Source of the DNA: Nonlabens ponticola
GTDB lineage: Bacteria > Bacteroidota > Bacteroidia > Flavobacteriales > Flavobacteriaceae
NCBI RefSeq assembly: GCF_003966335.1
Contig: NZ_CP034549.1
Span: forward strand, 210,001 to 242,000
Direction of reading: 5' to 3'
Length of the DNA: 32,000 bases
Under the pieces are notes generated by a model, which was not told the DNA's origin, searched no databases, and saw only the letters and a list, made by a program, of their open reading frames with translations. How positions within the stretch are numbered: position 1 is the first letter of the stretch; each line of letters opens with the position of its first letter. The position numbers and the translations under genes are program-made. Shown in pieces: positions 17,066 to 26,052 of this stretch.

Positions 17066-18835
17066 TTAAACGATGCCCATTTTCTTAAGCAGGAAACTCG
17101 CATTCATATTTTGGGCGACGCCATCTTTAAAGGTGTAGTCAAAAAACAGCTCGTCATTGATGATTTGCGCATCAAAGTAATAATTACTGATCTTCTCATA
17201 CTCATGGGCAACCTCAGTCAAGCTTAGATCGTGTGTGGCGATGATGCCTGTGGCTTTATTCTGGGTAAGTCGTTCAATGAGTTTTCTTGAGCCGCTGGCT
17301 TTATCGACGCTGTTGGTTCCTTTTAAAATTTCATCGAGAACGATCAAGTATTTCTCATCTTCCAGTTTATCAACAATGTATTTAAGACGTTTGAGTTCGC
17401 TAAAAAAGTAGGACTCATCATCCTGCAAACTATCGCTGGTGCGCATGCTAGTGATTAATTTGATCGGTGCATATGTTGCCTGTTTTGCACAAAGCGGTAA
17501 ACCAACATTTGCCATGATGATAGAGATGGAAACGGTTCTCAAAAAGGTGCTCTTACCAGCCATGTTAGCACCTGTGATTATATAAAACTCACCTTGCGAA
17601 ATATGAATATCATTACCAATAGCTTTCTCTGGATCTAGTAATGGATGTGCAGCATCTTTTGACTTCAGCTCAAAATCGCCTGATTTTATGTCTGGAAATA
17701 CATAATCAGGATGATTGTAGGCAAAGTTGCCTAGTGAGCTGATAGCATCCAGCTGGGCGACCGTATCCAACCATGGTTTTATGAATTGCTTATTTTCCAT
17801 GATCCACGATTCGATGGAATGTACTTGCTTGAGATTGTACAGCCCAAATCCATTGACAAAAATCCCTAGCAACATATTGCTGCCTTGATCTAGCCGAGTT
17901 ACTGCCTTGCTGAACTCCAACAATCTTTTTGAGGCTGGTTTGCCATCGGTCAAGATCTCTTTGCGCAAATTGATCAAAACCTCGCTTTTTACCTCTAGAT
18001 TCTCGACTAATTGTAACAACTTACCGTACTGAAGGAAGAAACCTTCCAGCTCGGATAAATATTTATCTAGTGATACTATTCTAGCAACGTATTTACCTGT
18101 AATACCAAGACCTAGCAACAGCAAGGCTACAATCCAGTATCCACTTATCAAGTCCAACGAATACAAAACAATGGACAAAACAGATAATGCAAACTGCAAA
18201 TAACCTAACCATGAGAATATTTGAGGAACAAAGGGCTTATAATCCTTAATCCAATCAATTACCGAAACTGGCCTGATCTTATTATCAAGCAATCTTGCCG
18301 TGGCCTCAAATTCTTGTCGATAATCCAATTGATCGGCTAACTCTTCTACGGCTTGCTGTCTGGAAACAATATCGTTGGTTTGATTAGCGAGCAGCTTCTC
18401 GATTAGAGCCTCACTTCCGTTTTTTAGTGCCGTTCGATTGATGTACTGATAAAAGGATCCAGCACCCAACAAATCAATATCTCTAGAATATTCGTGATCT
18501 TCTATTTGATGTTCGGCGCCATCTGGTAAGTCATTGTATTCTCGATTCAGCACTCGTAGTTCTCGCTCATTAATCTCTACAACTTGCTGGTGGTAAGCGC
18601 GTTTTTGTTTGAGGTCTTCGTGTCGGGAAACTAAAAACAAAAACAACGCAATTGTTGCAATAAAAACGATCGCCACATAAAGCCATTGCAGCCATAAGAA
18701 ATACACAACAGCTATCGCAATCACAAAAATCACTAAGCGCACAAGGCTTGATAACCTCAACTGTTTGGTGATGGTACTCACCTCAGCTTCATGTGTATTA
18801 ATTCTTGATTTGTATGAGTTGATGATATTTTCCAA
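17066..18835 (-). CDS. MutS-related ATPase (MutS domain V) with N-terminal transmembrane helices
   Basis: 589 aa. The apparent start codon is TTG at 18835, with no early in-frame ATG. It has two N-terminal TM segments and two more mid-protein. Walker A is ITGANMAGKSTFLRTV, Walker B is LDEILKGTN, and ATHD is present. Its stop codon abuts the mpl stop with zero spacer. Confidence 0.8.
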   Translation of the reverse strand: MENIINSYKSRINTHEAEVSTITKQLRLSSLVRLVIFVIAIAVVYFLWLQWLYVAIVFIATIALFLFLVSRHEDLKQKRAYHQQVVEINERELRVLNREYNDLPDGAEHQIEDHEYSRDIDLLGAGSFYQYINRTALKNGSEALIEKLLANQTNDIVSRQQAVEELADQLDYRQEFEATARLLDNKIRPVSVIDWIKDYKPFVPQIFSWLGYLQFALSVLSIVLYSLDLISGYWIVALLLLGLGITGKYVARIVSLDKYLSELEGFFLQYGKLLQLVENLEVKSEVLINLRKEILTDGKPASKRLLEFSKAVTRLDQGSNMLLGIFVNGFGLYNLKQVHSIESWIMENKQFIKPWLDTVAQLDAISSLGNFAYNHPDYVFPDIKSGDFELKSKDAAHPLLDPEKAIGNDIHISQGEFYIITGANMAGKSTFLRTVSISIIMANVGLPLCAKQATYAPIKLITSMRTSDSLQDDESYFFSELKRLKYIVDKLEDEKYLIVLDEILKGTNSVDKASGSRKLIERLTQNKATGIIATHDLSLTEVAHEYEKISNYYFDAQIINDELFFDYTFKDGVAQNMNASFLLKKMGIV

Positions 18836-18840
18836 TGAAC

Positions 18841-19203
18841 TTATTTGAAGGTTGCGCGTTGCTTGGCTGTTAAACTAGCAACAACCAATTCATAACTATG
18901 ATCGATCCATGAGAAAATCTCTGCATCAGGCATGACGTCGTTGATTTTGATCGTGTTCCAATGCTTTTTGCTCATATGATATCCACCGGTGACCACGCCA
19001 TCATATTGTTCTCTTAATTCGATCGCTTTTTCAGGATCACATTTTACGTTGAGTGTTGGCTGATCTTTTTCCCAATCTGTCAATCGGGTGAGCGCAAACA
19101 TTTTGCCCATAACTTTAAAGACGAGTGTCGTATTGTCAAATGGCATATCAACCGTTGTGTGCTCTTTTGTAAGACAATAATCTTGCAGCTCATCAATCTG
19201 CAT
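18841..19203 (-). CDS. MmcQ/YjbR family DNA-binding protein
   Basis: 120 aa. The pattern L..YCL....T..DMPF......VFKV.GKMFAL, followed by HMSKKHWNTI, is typical of the YjbR family. Confidence 0.7.
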   Translation of the reverse strand: MQIDELQDYCLTKEHTTVDMPFDNTTLVFKVMGKMFALTRLTDWEKDQPTLNVKCDPEKAIELREQYDGVVTGGYHMSKKHWNTIKINDVMPDAEIFSWIDHSYELVVASLTAKQRATFK

Positions 19204-19820
19204 TACTGCTCGAGCTTTTTGGTCTCTAGCGACTGGTCAAGTATAAGAGCGGTATAATCAAGTTTCCACCCAATGGTTTGTGCGAGACCTTCCATTAAGT
19301 GAATGGTGTTGAGCGCTTCCTTGCGAGCCTGTTCCATGAGGCCACTTTCAGGAATTTTGTCAATGATGTGCTGTTTTGCGTTGCGATTAACTTCATTCAT
19401 GTCATCGCTAGAAAAGTAGTTGGCCCAGCCTTCACTTTTATCATAGTAATTAAAATCGGTCTCGATGCTCATGACCTGTGGTTGTGGGAATTCGGTAAGG
19501 CGTATGGTTTTTGCAGTGACATCGCTTTCCATTCTAATTTTTGTGAGGTCAAAGCCTATGTGTGCCTTGGCGTTTATAAGCACAATGGCCTTTTTTTTAC
19601 CTAACAGTAGATTGGCAATTTTATCCTTGACGTTGCGATAATGATAGATCTCGGCAAAGTCACCTTCTACGGTAATGAACTTACAGACAGATCTAATTTT
19701 TTCCATCAGCACCATGCTTTGCTCCTGTGAGTTGTCGCGGCCGCTACCTTTGAAAAAAGCTCTAAAAACAAAAAATGCAATCACCGCACCTACGGCAAGT
19801 CCTATGAATAATAATTCCAT
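19203..19820 (-). CDS. Membrane-anchored protein, DUF4230-like
   Basis: 205 aa with a single N-terminal TM segment (LLFIGLAVGAVIAFFVF). Its size and layout are consistent with DUF4230. It overlaps the downstream gene by 1 nt. Confidence 0.5.
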   Translation of the reverse strand: MELLFIGLAVGAVIAFFVFRAFFKGSGRDNSQEQSMVLMEKIRSVCKFITVEGDFAEIYHYRNVKDKIANLLLGKKKAIVLINAKAHIGFDLTKIRMESDVTAKTIRLTEFPQPQVMSIETDFNYYDKSEGWANYFSSDDMNEVNRNAKQHIIDKIPESGLMEQARKEALNTIHLMEGLAQTIGWKLDYTALILDQSLETKKLEQ

Positions 19821-19829
19821 CCAGCTAAT

Positions 19830-20174
19830 TTAAAATTTATCCAGATGAGTATGCTTAAATGCATCAGGATATTTGAGACCGTAACCCAGCATCCTGTCAA
19901 AGCCTATGTGAGCAAATAGAATCCAGCCAGCCATTTGAACCCATTCTGTATTAAGCAGGTATCCAGCCGCGATACAAAGCGTGGCAATCATCAGGTGATG
20001 AAACAAATTATAGGTAATTGCGCCTACTTTGGTGTTCACCACATACCCTAGCATACTTATATCTGGCGCAAGGAAAAAACCTGCAAACCACCACCAGTTA
20101 AATCCTGCCAGTCCATAACCAGCAATTCCTGCGAGCATCAACGCCAGCCCTTCTAGTTGTAATTGAATTTTCAT
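19830..20174 (-). CDS. DUF4260-like small membrane protein
   Basis: 114 aa and very hydrophobic. The FFLAPDISMLGY and HIGFDRMLGYGLKYP blocks match my recollection of DUF4260. Confidence 0.6.
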   Translation of the reverse strand: MKIQLQLEGLALMLAGIAGYGLAGFNWWWFAGFFLAPDISMLGYVVNTKVGAITYNLFHHLMIATLCIAAGYLLNTEWVQMAGWILFAHIGFDRMLGYGLKYPDAFKHTHLDKF

Positions 20175-20992
20175 AAAATCTTATACAAGATAGGCCTTGA
20201 AGGTGCTGCATCATTTTCAATAGGTGCGATTTGTAAATCCAGAACATACATTCCATCGGCGGCGGCATCAGGCACATAGATCAGCTCTGTGATGGTGGCA
20301 TCTAGCCGTTGCTCGCCATCATAATCCCAGAATTCCTTATGCGCCACTAGTGCACCATTGTCCTTTTCTTTATCGACACTGGGTAAATCGATAAGGACGT
20401 GTTTGATTCCGCTTTCGCGAAAGCGTAACATCACACCAGCATCCAGATAAGGTGGATTTGTATTGCTATAATTCTTGCTTTTCTTGCTCGTTGGATTGGG
20501 TGTCGTTCTAATGATTACGGCATCAATTTCCTGATCCAAATCCTCAAACATACCTGCGGTAATCACCTGATCATCGCCACGAGACTCAGGATTTACCGTC
20601 ACTAATTGTGCTACAAAAAAAGTGTTTTTAAGTGCGTCATTGACGCTGTGAAATTCTTCTGTGATGTGCCCGATACATTCCGTATGCGTCCCATGACTAT
20701 GCGGATTAAAAAACACATCGTTGAAGTTTGTGCTGCCACCTAGCGCGACCTTGCCTACATATCCATCTACCTCTACATGCGTGATCTTGGGCTGGTCGAT
20801 ATACCACGCGCCCACGCCGGCGTCGTGTTGTACGGCGAGACTTATGTCGATGGGTTGCTGTAGATCAATTTGATAATGAGAATTATTGAGGAGTATGTTT
20901 GATGTCACAGGATCGTCGTTTGATGGTGAGGTTTTGATCTGGCAGCTTATGAGTAAGCAAAGCGCGCAAACCAGAAATAAAAATTGCTTCAT
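20171..20992 (-). CDS. Putative cyclase family protein (kynurenine formamidase-like fold), secreted or lipoprotein
   Basis: 273 aa with signal peptide and Cys (LCLLISC). The HSHGTHTECIGH block resembles the HxGTHxDxPxH cyclase motif. Palindrome copy 5 encodes RFRES. There are 4-nt overlaps at both ends. Confidence 0.55.
   Translation of the reverse strand: MKQFLFLVCALCLLISCQIKTSPSNDDPVTSNILLNNSHYQIDLQQPIDISLAVQHDAGVGAWYIDQPKITHVEVDGYVGKVALGGSTNFNDVFFNPHSHGTHTECIGHITEEFHSVNDALKNTFFVAQLVTVNPESRGDDQVITAGMFEDLDQEIDAVIIRTTPNPTSKKSKNYSNTNPPYLDAGVMLRFRESGIKHVLIDLPSVDKEKDNGALVAHKEFWDYDGEQRLDATITELIYVPDAAADGMYVLDLQIAPIENDAAPSRPILYKIL
20411..20424. repeat. Palindrome copy 5, GCTTTCGCGAAAGC
   Basis: Exact match. 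Flanking C and G extend it to a 16-bp palindrome, and the right flank is GTAAC. Lies inside the minus-strand cyclase-like gene, where it reads LRFRES. Confidence 0.97.
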
Positions 20993-22125
20993 GATGTAAG
21001 GTTAAGCATGAATAACTCGCTGGCTATGCCATCACTCAGGAATTTTCCCTTGCGCGTTACCAGTAGCGTCTTATCGTCTAAATATAATAAATGATCCTTG
21101 AGATAGGTCGCGGCTTGTTCCAGCAGGTATTCCCTAAAACGCAGACCATATTCTTTCTCAACATGAACCAGCGACACACCATAAACCGTACGCAAACCGG
21201 TCATTACATACTCATTGTATCGATCGATGATCGTGAGTTCCTCTACTTCCTGCGGTAGATTTCCTGCCTCGATAGCCTTGATGTATTTGACATTGTTGTT
21301 GATATTCCACGCACGTCTATTTCCATCAAAACTGTGCGCGCTAGGCCCAATTCCTAGATAGGATTTGCCAGTCCAGTAAGCTGTATTGTTACGCGAGAAA
21401 AAACCTTTTTTACTGAAGTTTGAAAACTCATAGTTCTCATAACCATGCAACTGCATTACATCCAGTAAAATATTAAACTGCCGCTGCGCCTGCTCATCAT
21501 CAACTGGCTGCATCACGCCTTTATCGATGAACTTCTTGAGTGCTGTGCCGTCCTCTACCGTCAACGCATAGCTGGAGATATGCGGCACATCCAGCTCAAT
21601 CGCTTGATACAAATTCTCACGCCACTGCTCATCTGTCAAACCAGGAATACCATAAATCAGGTCTATAGATATGTTGGGAAACAGCTTTCGCGAAAGCTGA
21701 ATACTCTCCATCGCCTCTATTGCATTATGAGCTCGATTCATCAATTTGAGATCCTGCTCGTGAAATGATTGCACTCCTATGCTTAATCTATTGATTTGAG
21801 ATGCTGCTAGCGACTCAATCTTGGCTGGTGTGAGGTCATCTGGATTAGCTTCTAGGGTGATCTCTAGATTAACGGCGCAATTATATAGGTTAAATACTTC
21901 CTTAAGTATTAGGTCGATTTCTTCAACTTCCAACACACTAGGTGTACCACCACCAAAGTAGATGCAACTCACCTCGACATCCTTAAACTCGTGACGACGC
22001 AACCTTAACTCCTCGCACAACGCATTGATCATAAATGATTTATTCTTAAGTGAAGTCACAAAATGAAAGTCACAATAATGACAAGCCTGCTTGCAAAAAG
22101 GAATGTGAATATAGATACTTGCCAT
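20989..22125 (-). CDS. hemW: Radical SAM heme chaperone HemW (coproporphyrinogen III oxidase-like)
   Basis: The track ORF starts at TTG 22134. I prefer the ATG at 22125, which gives MASIYIHIPFCKQACHYCDF with the CxxxCxxC radical-SAM cluster motif, followed by GGGTPS. Palindrome copy 6 encodes LSRK. Confidence 0.9.
   Translation of the reverse strand: MASIYIHIPFCKQACHYCDFHFVTSLKNKSFMINALCEELRLRRHEFKDVEVSCIYFGGGTPSVLEVEEIDLILKEVFNLYNCAVNLEITLEANPDDLTPAKIESLAASQINRLSIGVQSFHEQDLKLMNRAHNAIEAMESIQLSRKLFPNISIDLIYGIPGLTDEQWRENLYQAIELDVPHISSYALTVEDGTALKKFIDKGVMQPVDDEQAQRQFNILLDVMQLHGYENYEFSNFSKKGFFSRNNTAYWTGKSYLGIGPSAHSFDGNRRAWNINNNVKYIKAIEAGNLPQEVEELTIIDRYNEYVMTGLRTVYGVSLVHVEKEYGLRFREYLLEQAATYLKDHLLYLDDKTLLVTRKGKFLSDGIASELFMLNLTS
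21684..21697. repeat. Palindrome copy 6, GCTTTCGCGAAAGC
   Basis: Exact match. Flanks CA and TG extend it to an 18-bp palindrome, CAGCTTTCGCGAAAGCTG. Lies inside minus-strand hemW, where it reads QLSRKL. Confidence 0.97.
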
Positions 22126-22301
22126 ACACAACAAAAGTAGTTTACAAACGTTAGGGTACCGTTAAAGAATCTCTCAAACCCTAAATCGAGGTCAAACATT
22201 GTTAAATCCTATATTTTAACTACGTGCATTCCTTATATTGAGTAGGTTCGGCATGGTTTATGAAACTATTAACACGAACCTAAAAAACTGATAAAAACAT
22301 T

Positions 22302-23252
22302 ATGATATACCGTCTCTTTTTAATCTTATTTCTAGCTGGAACCCTTGCCACTAGCGCAGCCGATAAATTACCAATGGTAGATATGTCTGTTGAGAGTAAA
22401 GAGGTTCTAACTTTTCAAAATGCTAAGCTCCAATTGAATCTTAAAAATCAATTGATGGCTAATCCAAAGTGGAGATCGCTTATCAATCAAAAGCGCTTAT
22501 CGTTAAGTATTGTCGATCTCAATGATCCAGATAACATTAAATACGCGAGCATCAATGGTGCAAACATGATGTATGCAGCTAGCTTGCCGAAAATCGCAGT
22601 ATTATATGCGGCCATGGACGCCATCGAGAATGGTGAACTAAAAGACACACCTAAAGTGCGTCAAGACATGTGGCTCATGATATCTAAGTCAAATAATGCA
22701 GCGTCTACACGTATGATTGACCGAGTAGGTTTTCAGAAAATCGAAGACTTGATGTGCGATCCTACAAATCCATTTTATGATAAAGATGGTGTTGGTGGAT
22801 TGTGGGTTGGTAAACGATATGCAGCCCAAGGAAAACGCAATCCAGAACCTATCAAAGGTTTAAGTCACGCTGCCACTACAGACGCTGTTGCAAAATTTTA
22901 CTACCAACTTGCTACTGGTCAATTGATCAATGAGCAACGCAGTAAAGAGATGCTAGACATCATGGAAAATCCTAGCCTGCACCACAAGTTTGTGAATACG
23001 CTTGATCGTATTGCACCACAAGCACGCTTGTTTAGAAAAAGTGGATCATGGAGAAACTGGCACAGTGATTCCATTCTGGTTTGGGGCGACAATGGACGCA
23101 AGTATATTCTTGTGGCGTTGGTAGAAGATCCTGCAGGTGAAAACATTATTAGAAGTTTAGTAAAGCCAGCGGAATTGGCGATGCGCAAATCTGTTATCTT
23201 GCCTACACTACTTGATACAGAAGATGGAGCAACTATCCAACAGGGTACGTAA
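22302..23252 (+). CDS. Secreted serine hydrolase, class A beta-lactamase fold
   Basis: Signal peptide MIYRLFLILFLAGTLATSAA. Motifs occur in the canonical order: S-x-x-K (ASLPKIA), S-x-N (SKSNNAAS) and K-S-G (RKSGSW). Confidence 0.75.
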   Translation: MIYRLFLILFLAGTLATSAADKLPMVDMSVESKEVLTFQNAKLQLNLKNQLMANPKWRSLINQKRLSLSIVDLNDPDNIKYASINGANMMYAASLPKIAVLYAAMDAIENGELKDTPKVRQDMWLMISKSNNAASTRMIDRVGFQKIEDLMCDPTNPFYDKDGVGGLWVGKRYAAQGKRNPEPIKGLSHAATTDAVAKFYYQLATGQLINEQRSKEMLDIMENPSLHHKFVNTLDRIAPQARLFRKSGSWRNWHSDSILVWGDNGRKYILVALVEDPAGENIIRSLVKPAELAMRKSVILPTLLDTEDGATIQQGT

Positions 23253-26049
23253 AATATTTGACATTAGGAGTGGCGAGCTTTCGATCTCGTTGCTCATGCA
23301 ACTATACATTTTCTTAATCATAAGTGCATTGCTCGTAGTAAAACCTACGGTCAATGCACTTTTTCTTTCTGAGCTAGGAGCGGATGCTCTTGCCGAGGCT
23401 TTTATTATAATCGCAGTTGCCGCTGTAGTAGGTTCCTTTCTATATAATAGATCGCTTGAGCGCTTTAAACTCAAGAAACTTATACGTGGTACATTAATCG
23501 TTTTTACGGTTATTTTTTCCATCATGGGCGTGCTCGTCATGCTGGGCAATTTCGGGCCTATTCTTGCCTATTTTTTCTATACGACCGTCGCACTATTTGC
23601 GTTGCTGGCGACCTCCCAATTTTGGGTGATGGCAAATGTGGTCTTCAACGTACGTGAGGCCAAAAGACTTTTTGGTTTCATAGGAGCTGGTGGTATTGCC
23701 GGTGGTATTGTAGGTGGTTACATGACATCATTGCTAGCTGAATCGTTAGGAAATGGAGCCTTATTGATTATTGCTGCTGTTTTGATCGCATCATGTATTT
23801 GGGTGATGAATGCCATTTGGCGTACTCGAGTCAATAAGTTGAGTAGTTTTAAGCGCAAGGAACGAGCTACGGTAAGTAGTGAGAATAGCGTCAAGCTTAT
23901 CCTTAATTCAAAGCATTTGACGGCTCTTGCGGCGGTAATTGGTATAGGTGTTCTTGTCGCAAAGCTTGTTGACTATCAATTTAGCTATATATCATCGCGA
24001 GCGATTCCAGATTCACAGGAATTGGCATCCTTTTTTGGTTTCTGGTTCTCGACATTTAATATTGTATCGTTAGCAATACAGCTATTTATAACCAGACATA
24101 TTTTATCTCGATCAGGTGTTAGCGCAAGTTTAGGAGTGCTGCCGTTGGGATTAGTATTGTGTGGCATTGCCCTACTATTAGTTCCAGAACTCTGGATCGT
24201 TGTCGTTATGAAAGGTCTAGATGGTAGCCTTAAACAATCATTGCATAAAAGTGCGGTAGAACTGCTTGCCTTGCCCATCCCTAGCGATGTAAAAAATAAG
24301 ACCAAAACCTTCATCGATGTAGTTGTAGATAGCCTTGCCACAGGCCTTGCTGGATTGATACTCATATTTATTATACGCGCCTTTGACCTAGCACCAGCAT
24401 ATATAACCGTACTCATCATTCTACTGGTAGTGGCTTGGGTGATCATGATTATTAAAGTGCGCGACGCCTACTTTGGTACATTTAAAGAACAGATCATTAC
24501 TCGTGAGCAAATTAAGCTAGAGAAACGATCCAATACGCGCATACGTAATAACATGCGCGTCATTTTTGAATCTGGTGGTGTTGAAGATATCATGTACATG
24601 CTTGCTCGCGTACCAGAACTAGCCCATAAGTCGCTTAAGAATCCGCTGGTCAAATTACTTGTGCACAAAAACCCAAAAGTTAAAGCAGCTGCGATACGAC
24701 AACTTAAGCACGTAGATCGTGGTCAGCCTTTAGGTCAAGTTCAAGATTTGATCTATGAAAAAAATGACGAGGTCGTTCTTGCAGCGATGCAATACCTCAT
24801 GTCTAAGGATACTAAATATCCTGAACAATTCTTTGAAGCCTATCTAGATCACGAGAGTGATTATATCTCAAGTGCCGCGCTGCTATGCCTTGCCCAAGAG
24901 ACTGAGGATAATCCAAAATTAGCATCAAAATATAATCTTGACCTGCGCATCAATCTCTTTCTAGATGAACTGGATCGCCATGAGGACAACTTCCGTAAAG
25001 GTGAGATCATTGAATTAATAAAGGCAATAGGATATGCCAAAGGTGACAACCGCCACAAGTTTATACTGCGCTATCTTAAAAATCCTGATGAGGATCTTCA
25101 TAAAGCAGCCTTGGTCGCTGCAGGAAACACTTCTCATGAACGATTTCTTCCTATTTTACTCGATGAATTAAAGGAAGCACGCTTTCGCGAAAGCGCAATC
25201 AAAGCCATCTCATCCTATGGCAACAGCATTATCAATTATTTAAAAAAGCGTTACACTGACCCTAGCGCAGCGCTGGCTCACAAGAAATACATTCCAGATG
25301 TGTTGATAGATCTGGGAACTAACAAATCTCTGCGTGCGGTATTGCAATTGACTCAATCCGGTAGCCCAGAGATACGCACGCGTACCACCGACAAATTATA
25401 TAATTATAAAAAGGCCAATGGTGATTTAGAAATACCACAAAAAATATATGCCCGATTGATACGTCAGGAATGTGATGAATACATGACATTACAGCAATGC
25501 TATTACAGCCAGCGCGTGGTAGAGCGTTCTAAACTACATCCTGAACGTGTTATAGATATAACTGAGACAGGCTCACGTGAAGAGCTGATTAAACTTTTAT
25601 CTAAACGTATGGATGACGGTATCAAGCGCATCTTTAATATCCTTGCATTGCATTTTAATACAAGGGATGTCTTTATCGCTTTTAAAGGATTGACTAGCGA
25701 GAAAAAGGAAACAAGATCTGCGACGCTAGAGTTTATGGAAGGATTGATAACGCGCAACTATAAGTCACTACTCTTTCCAATATTAGAACAAGGTATCAAT
25801 AATGCAGAGATAGATCCCAACACAGTTGCTGATCGCGTACAACTATTAGAAGAAGATAAATGTTACTTACGAATGCTGGATACGGAAGATCGCAAGCTAG
25901 GATTACTTACCATCCAGATTATTGCAGATTCTTCAAATAAAAAGTGGTTGCCCATACTTGTACGAGCAACCACTAATAAGGATTCTAAAATCGCTGCCGC
26001 TGCATCGCGTGCCTACCAGCAAATGAGCGGTGTTTCACGCACCGCGTAA
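23224..26049 (+). CDS. Polytopic transporter (ATP:ADP antiporter/Npt-like, MFS-type) fused to a C-terminal HEAT-repeat domain
   Basis: The track start at 23212 is TTG. I take the ATG at 23224 (MEQLSNRVRKIFDIRSGELSISLLMQLYIFLII...). About 12 hydrophobic helices fill the first ~430 aa. About 500 aa of helical repeats follow (NPKVKAAAIRQL, NDEVVLAAMQYL, DEDLHKAALVAAG, ESAIKAISSYG, SPEIRTRTTDKL, DSKIAAAASRAY). The N-terminal pattern resembles the COG3202 Npt1/Npt2 family, recalled from memory. Palindrome copy 7 encodes RFRES. Confidence 0.7.
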   Translation: MEQLSNRVRKIFDIRSGELSISLLMQLYIFLIISALLVVKPTVNALFLSELGADALAEAFIIIAVAAVVGSFLYNRSLERFKLKKLIRGTLIVFTVIFSIMGVLVMLGNFGPILAYFFYTTVALFALLATSQFWVMANVVFNVREAKRLFGFIGAGGIAGGIVGGYMTSLLAESLGNGALLIIAAVLIASCIWVMNAIWRTRVNKLSSFKRKERATVSSENSVKLILNSKHLTALAAVIGIGVLVAKLVDYQFSYISSRAIPDSQELASFFGFWFSTFNIVSLAIQLFITRHILSRSGVSASLGVLPLGLVLCGIALLLVPELWIVVVMKGLDGSLKQSLHKSAVELLALPIPSDVKNKTKTFIDVVVDSLATGLAGLILIFIIRAFDLAPAYITVLIILLVVAWVIMIIKVRDAYFGTFKEQIITREQIKLEKRSNTRIRNNMRVIFESGGVEDIMYMLARVPELAHKSLKNPLVKLLVHKNPKVKAAAIRQLKHVDRGQPLGQVQDLIYEKNDEVVLAAMQYLMSKDTKYPEQFFEAYLDHESDYISSAALLCLAQETEDNPKLASKYNLDLRINLFLDELDRHEDNFRKGEIIELIKAIGYAKGDNRHKFILRYLKNPDEDLHKAALVAAGNTSHERFLPILLDELKEARFRESAIKAISSYGNSIINYLKKRYTDPSAALAHKKYIPDVLIDLGTNKSLRAVLQLTQSGSPEIRTRTTDKLYNYKKANGDLEIPQKIYARLIRQECDEYMTLQQCYYSQRVVERSKLHPERVIDITETGSREELIKLLSKRMDDGIKRIFNILALHFNTRDVFIAFKGLTSEKKETRSATLEFMEGLITRNYKSLLFPILEQGINNAEIDPNTVADRVQLLEEDKCYLRMLDTEDRKLGLLTIQIIADSSNKKWLPILVRATTNKDSKIAAAASRAYQQMSGVSRTA
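25181..25194. repeat. Palindrome copy 7, GCTTTCGCGAAAGC
   Basis: Exact match. Flanking C and G extend it to 16 bp. Lies inside the HEAT domain of the plus-strand transporter gene, where it reads RFRES. Confidence 0.97.
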
Positions 26050-26052
26050 TTA

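Noticed and set aside
22244-22281. The GGTTCG...CGAACC element as a tRNA T-arm or tRNA gene.
   Set aside because: No acceptor, D or anticodon arm geometry can be drawn around it, and the 24-nt loop is incompatible with a T-loop. I found no tRNA-like cloverleaf anywhere in the window.
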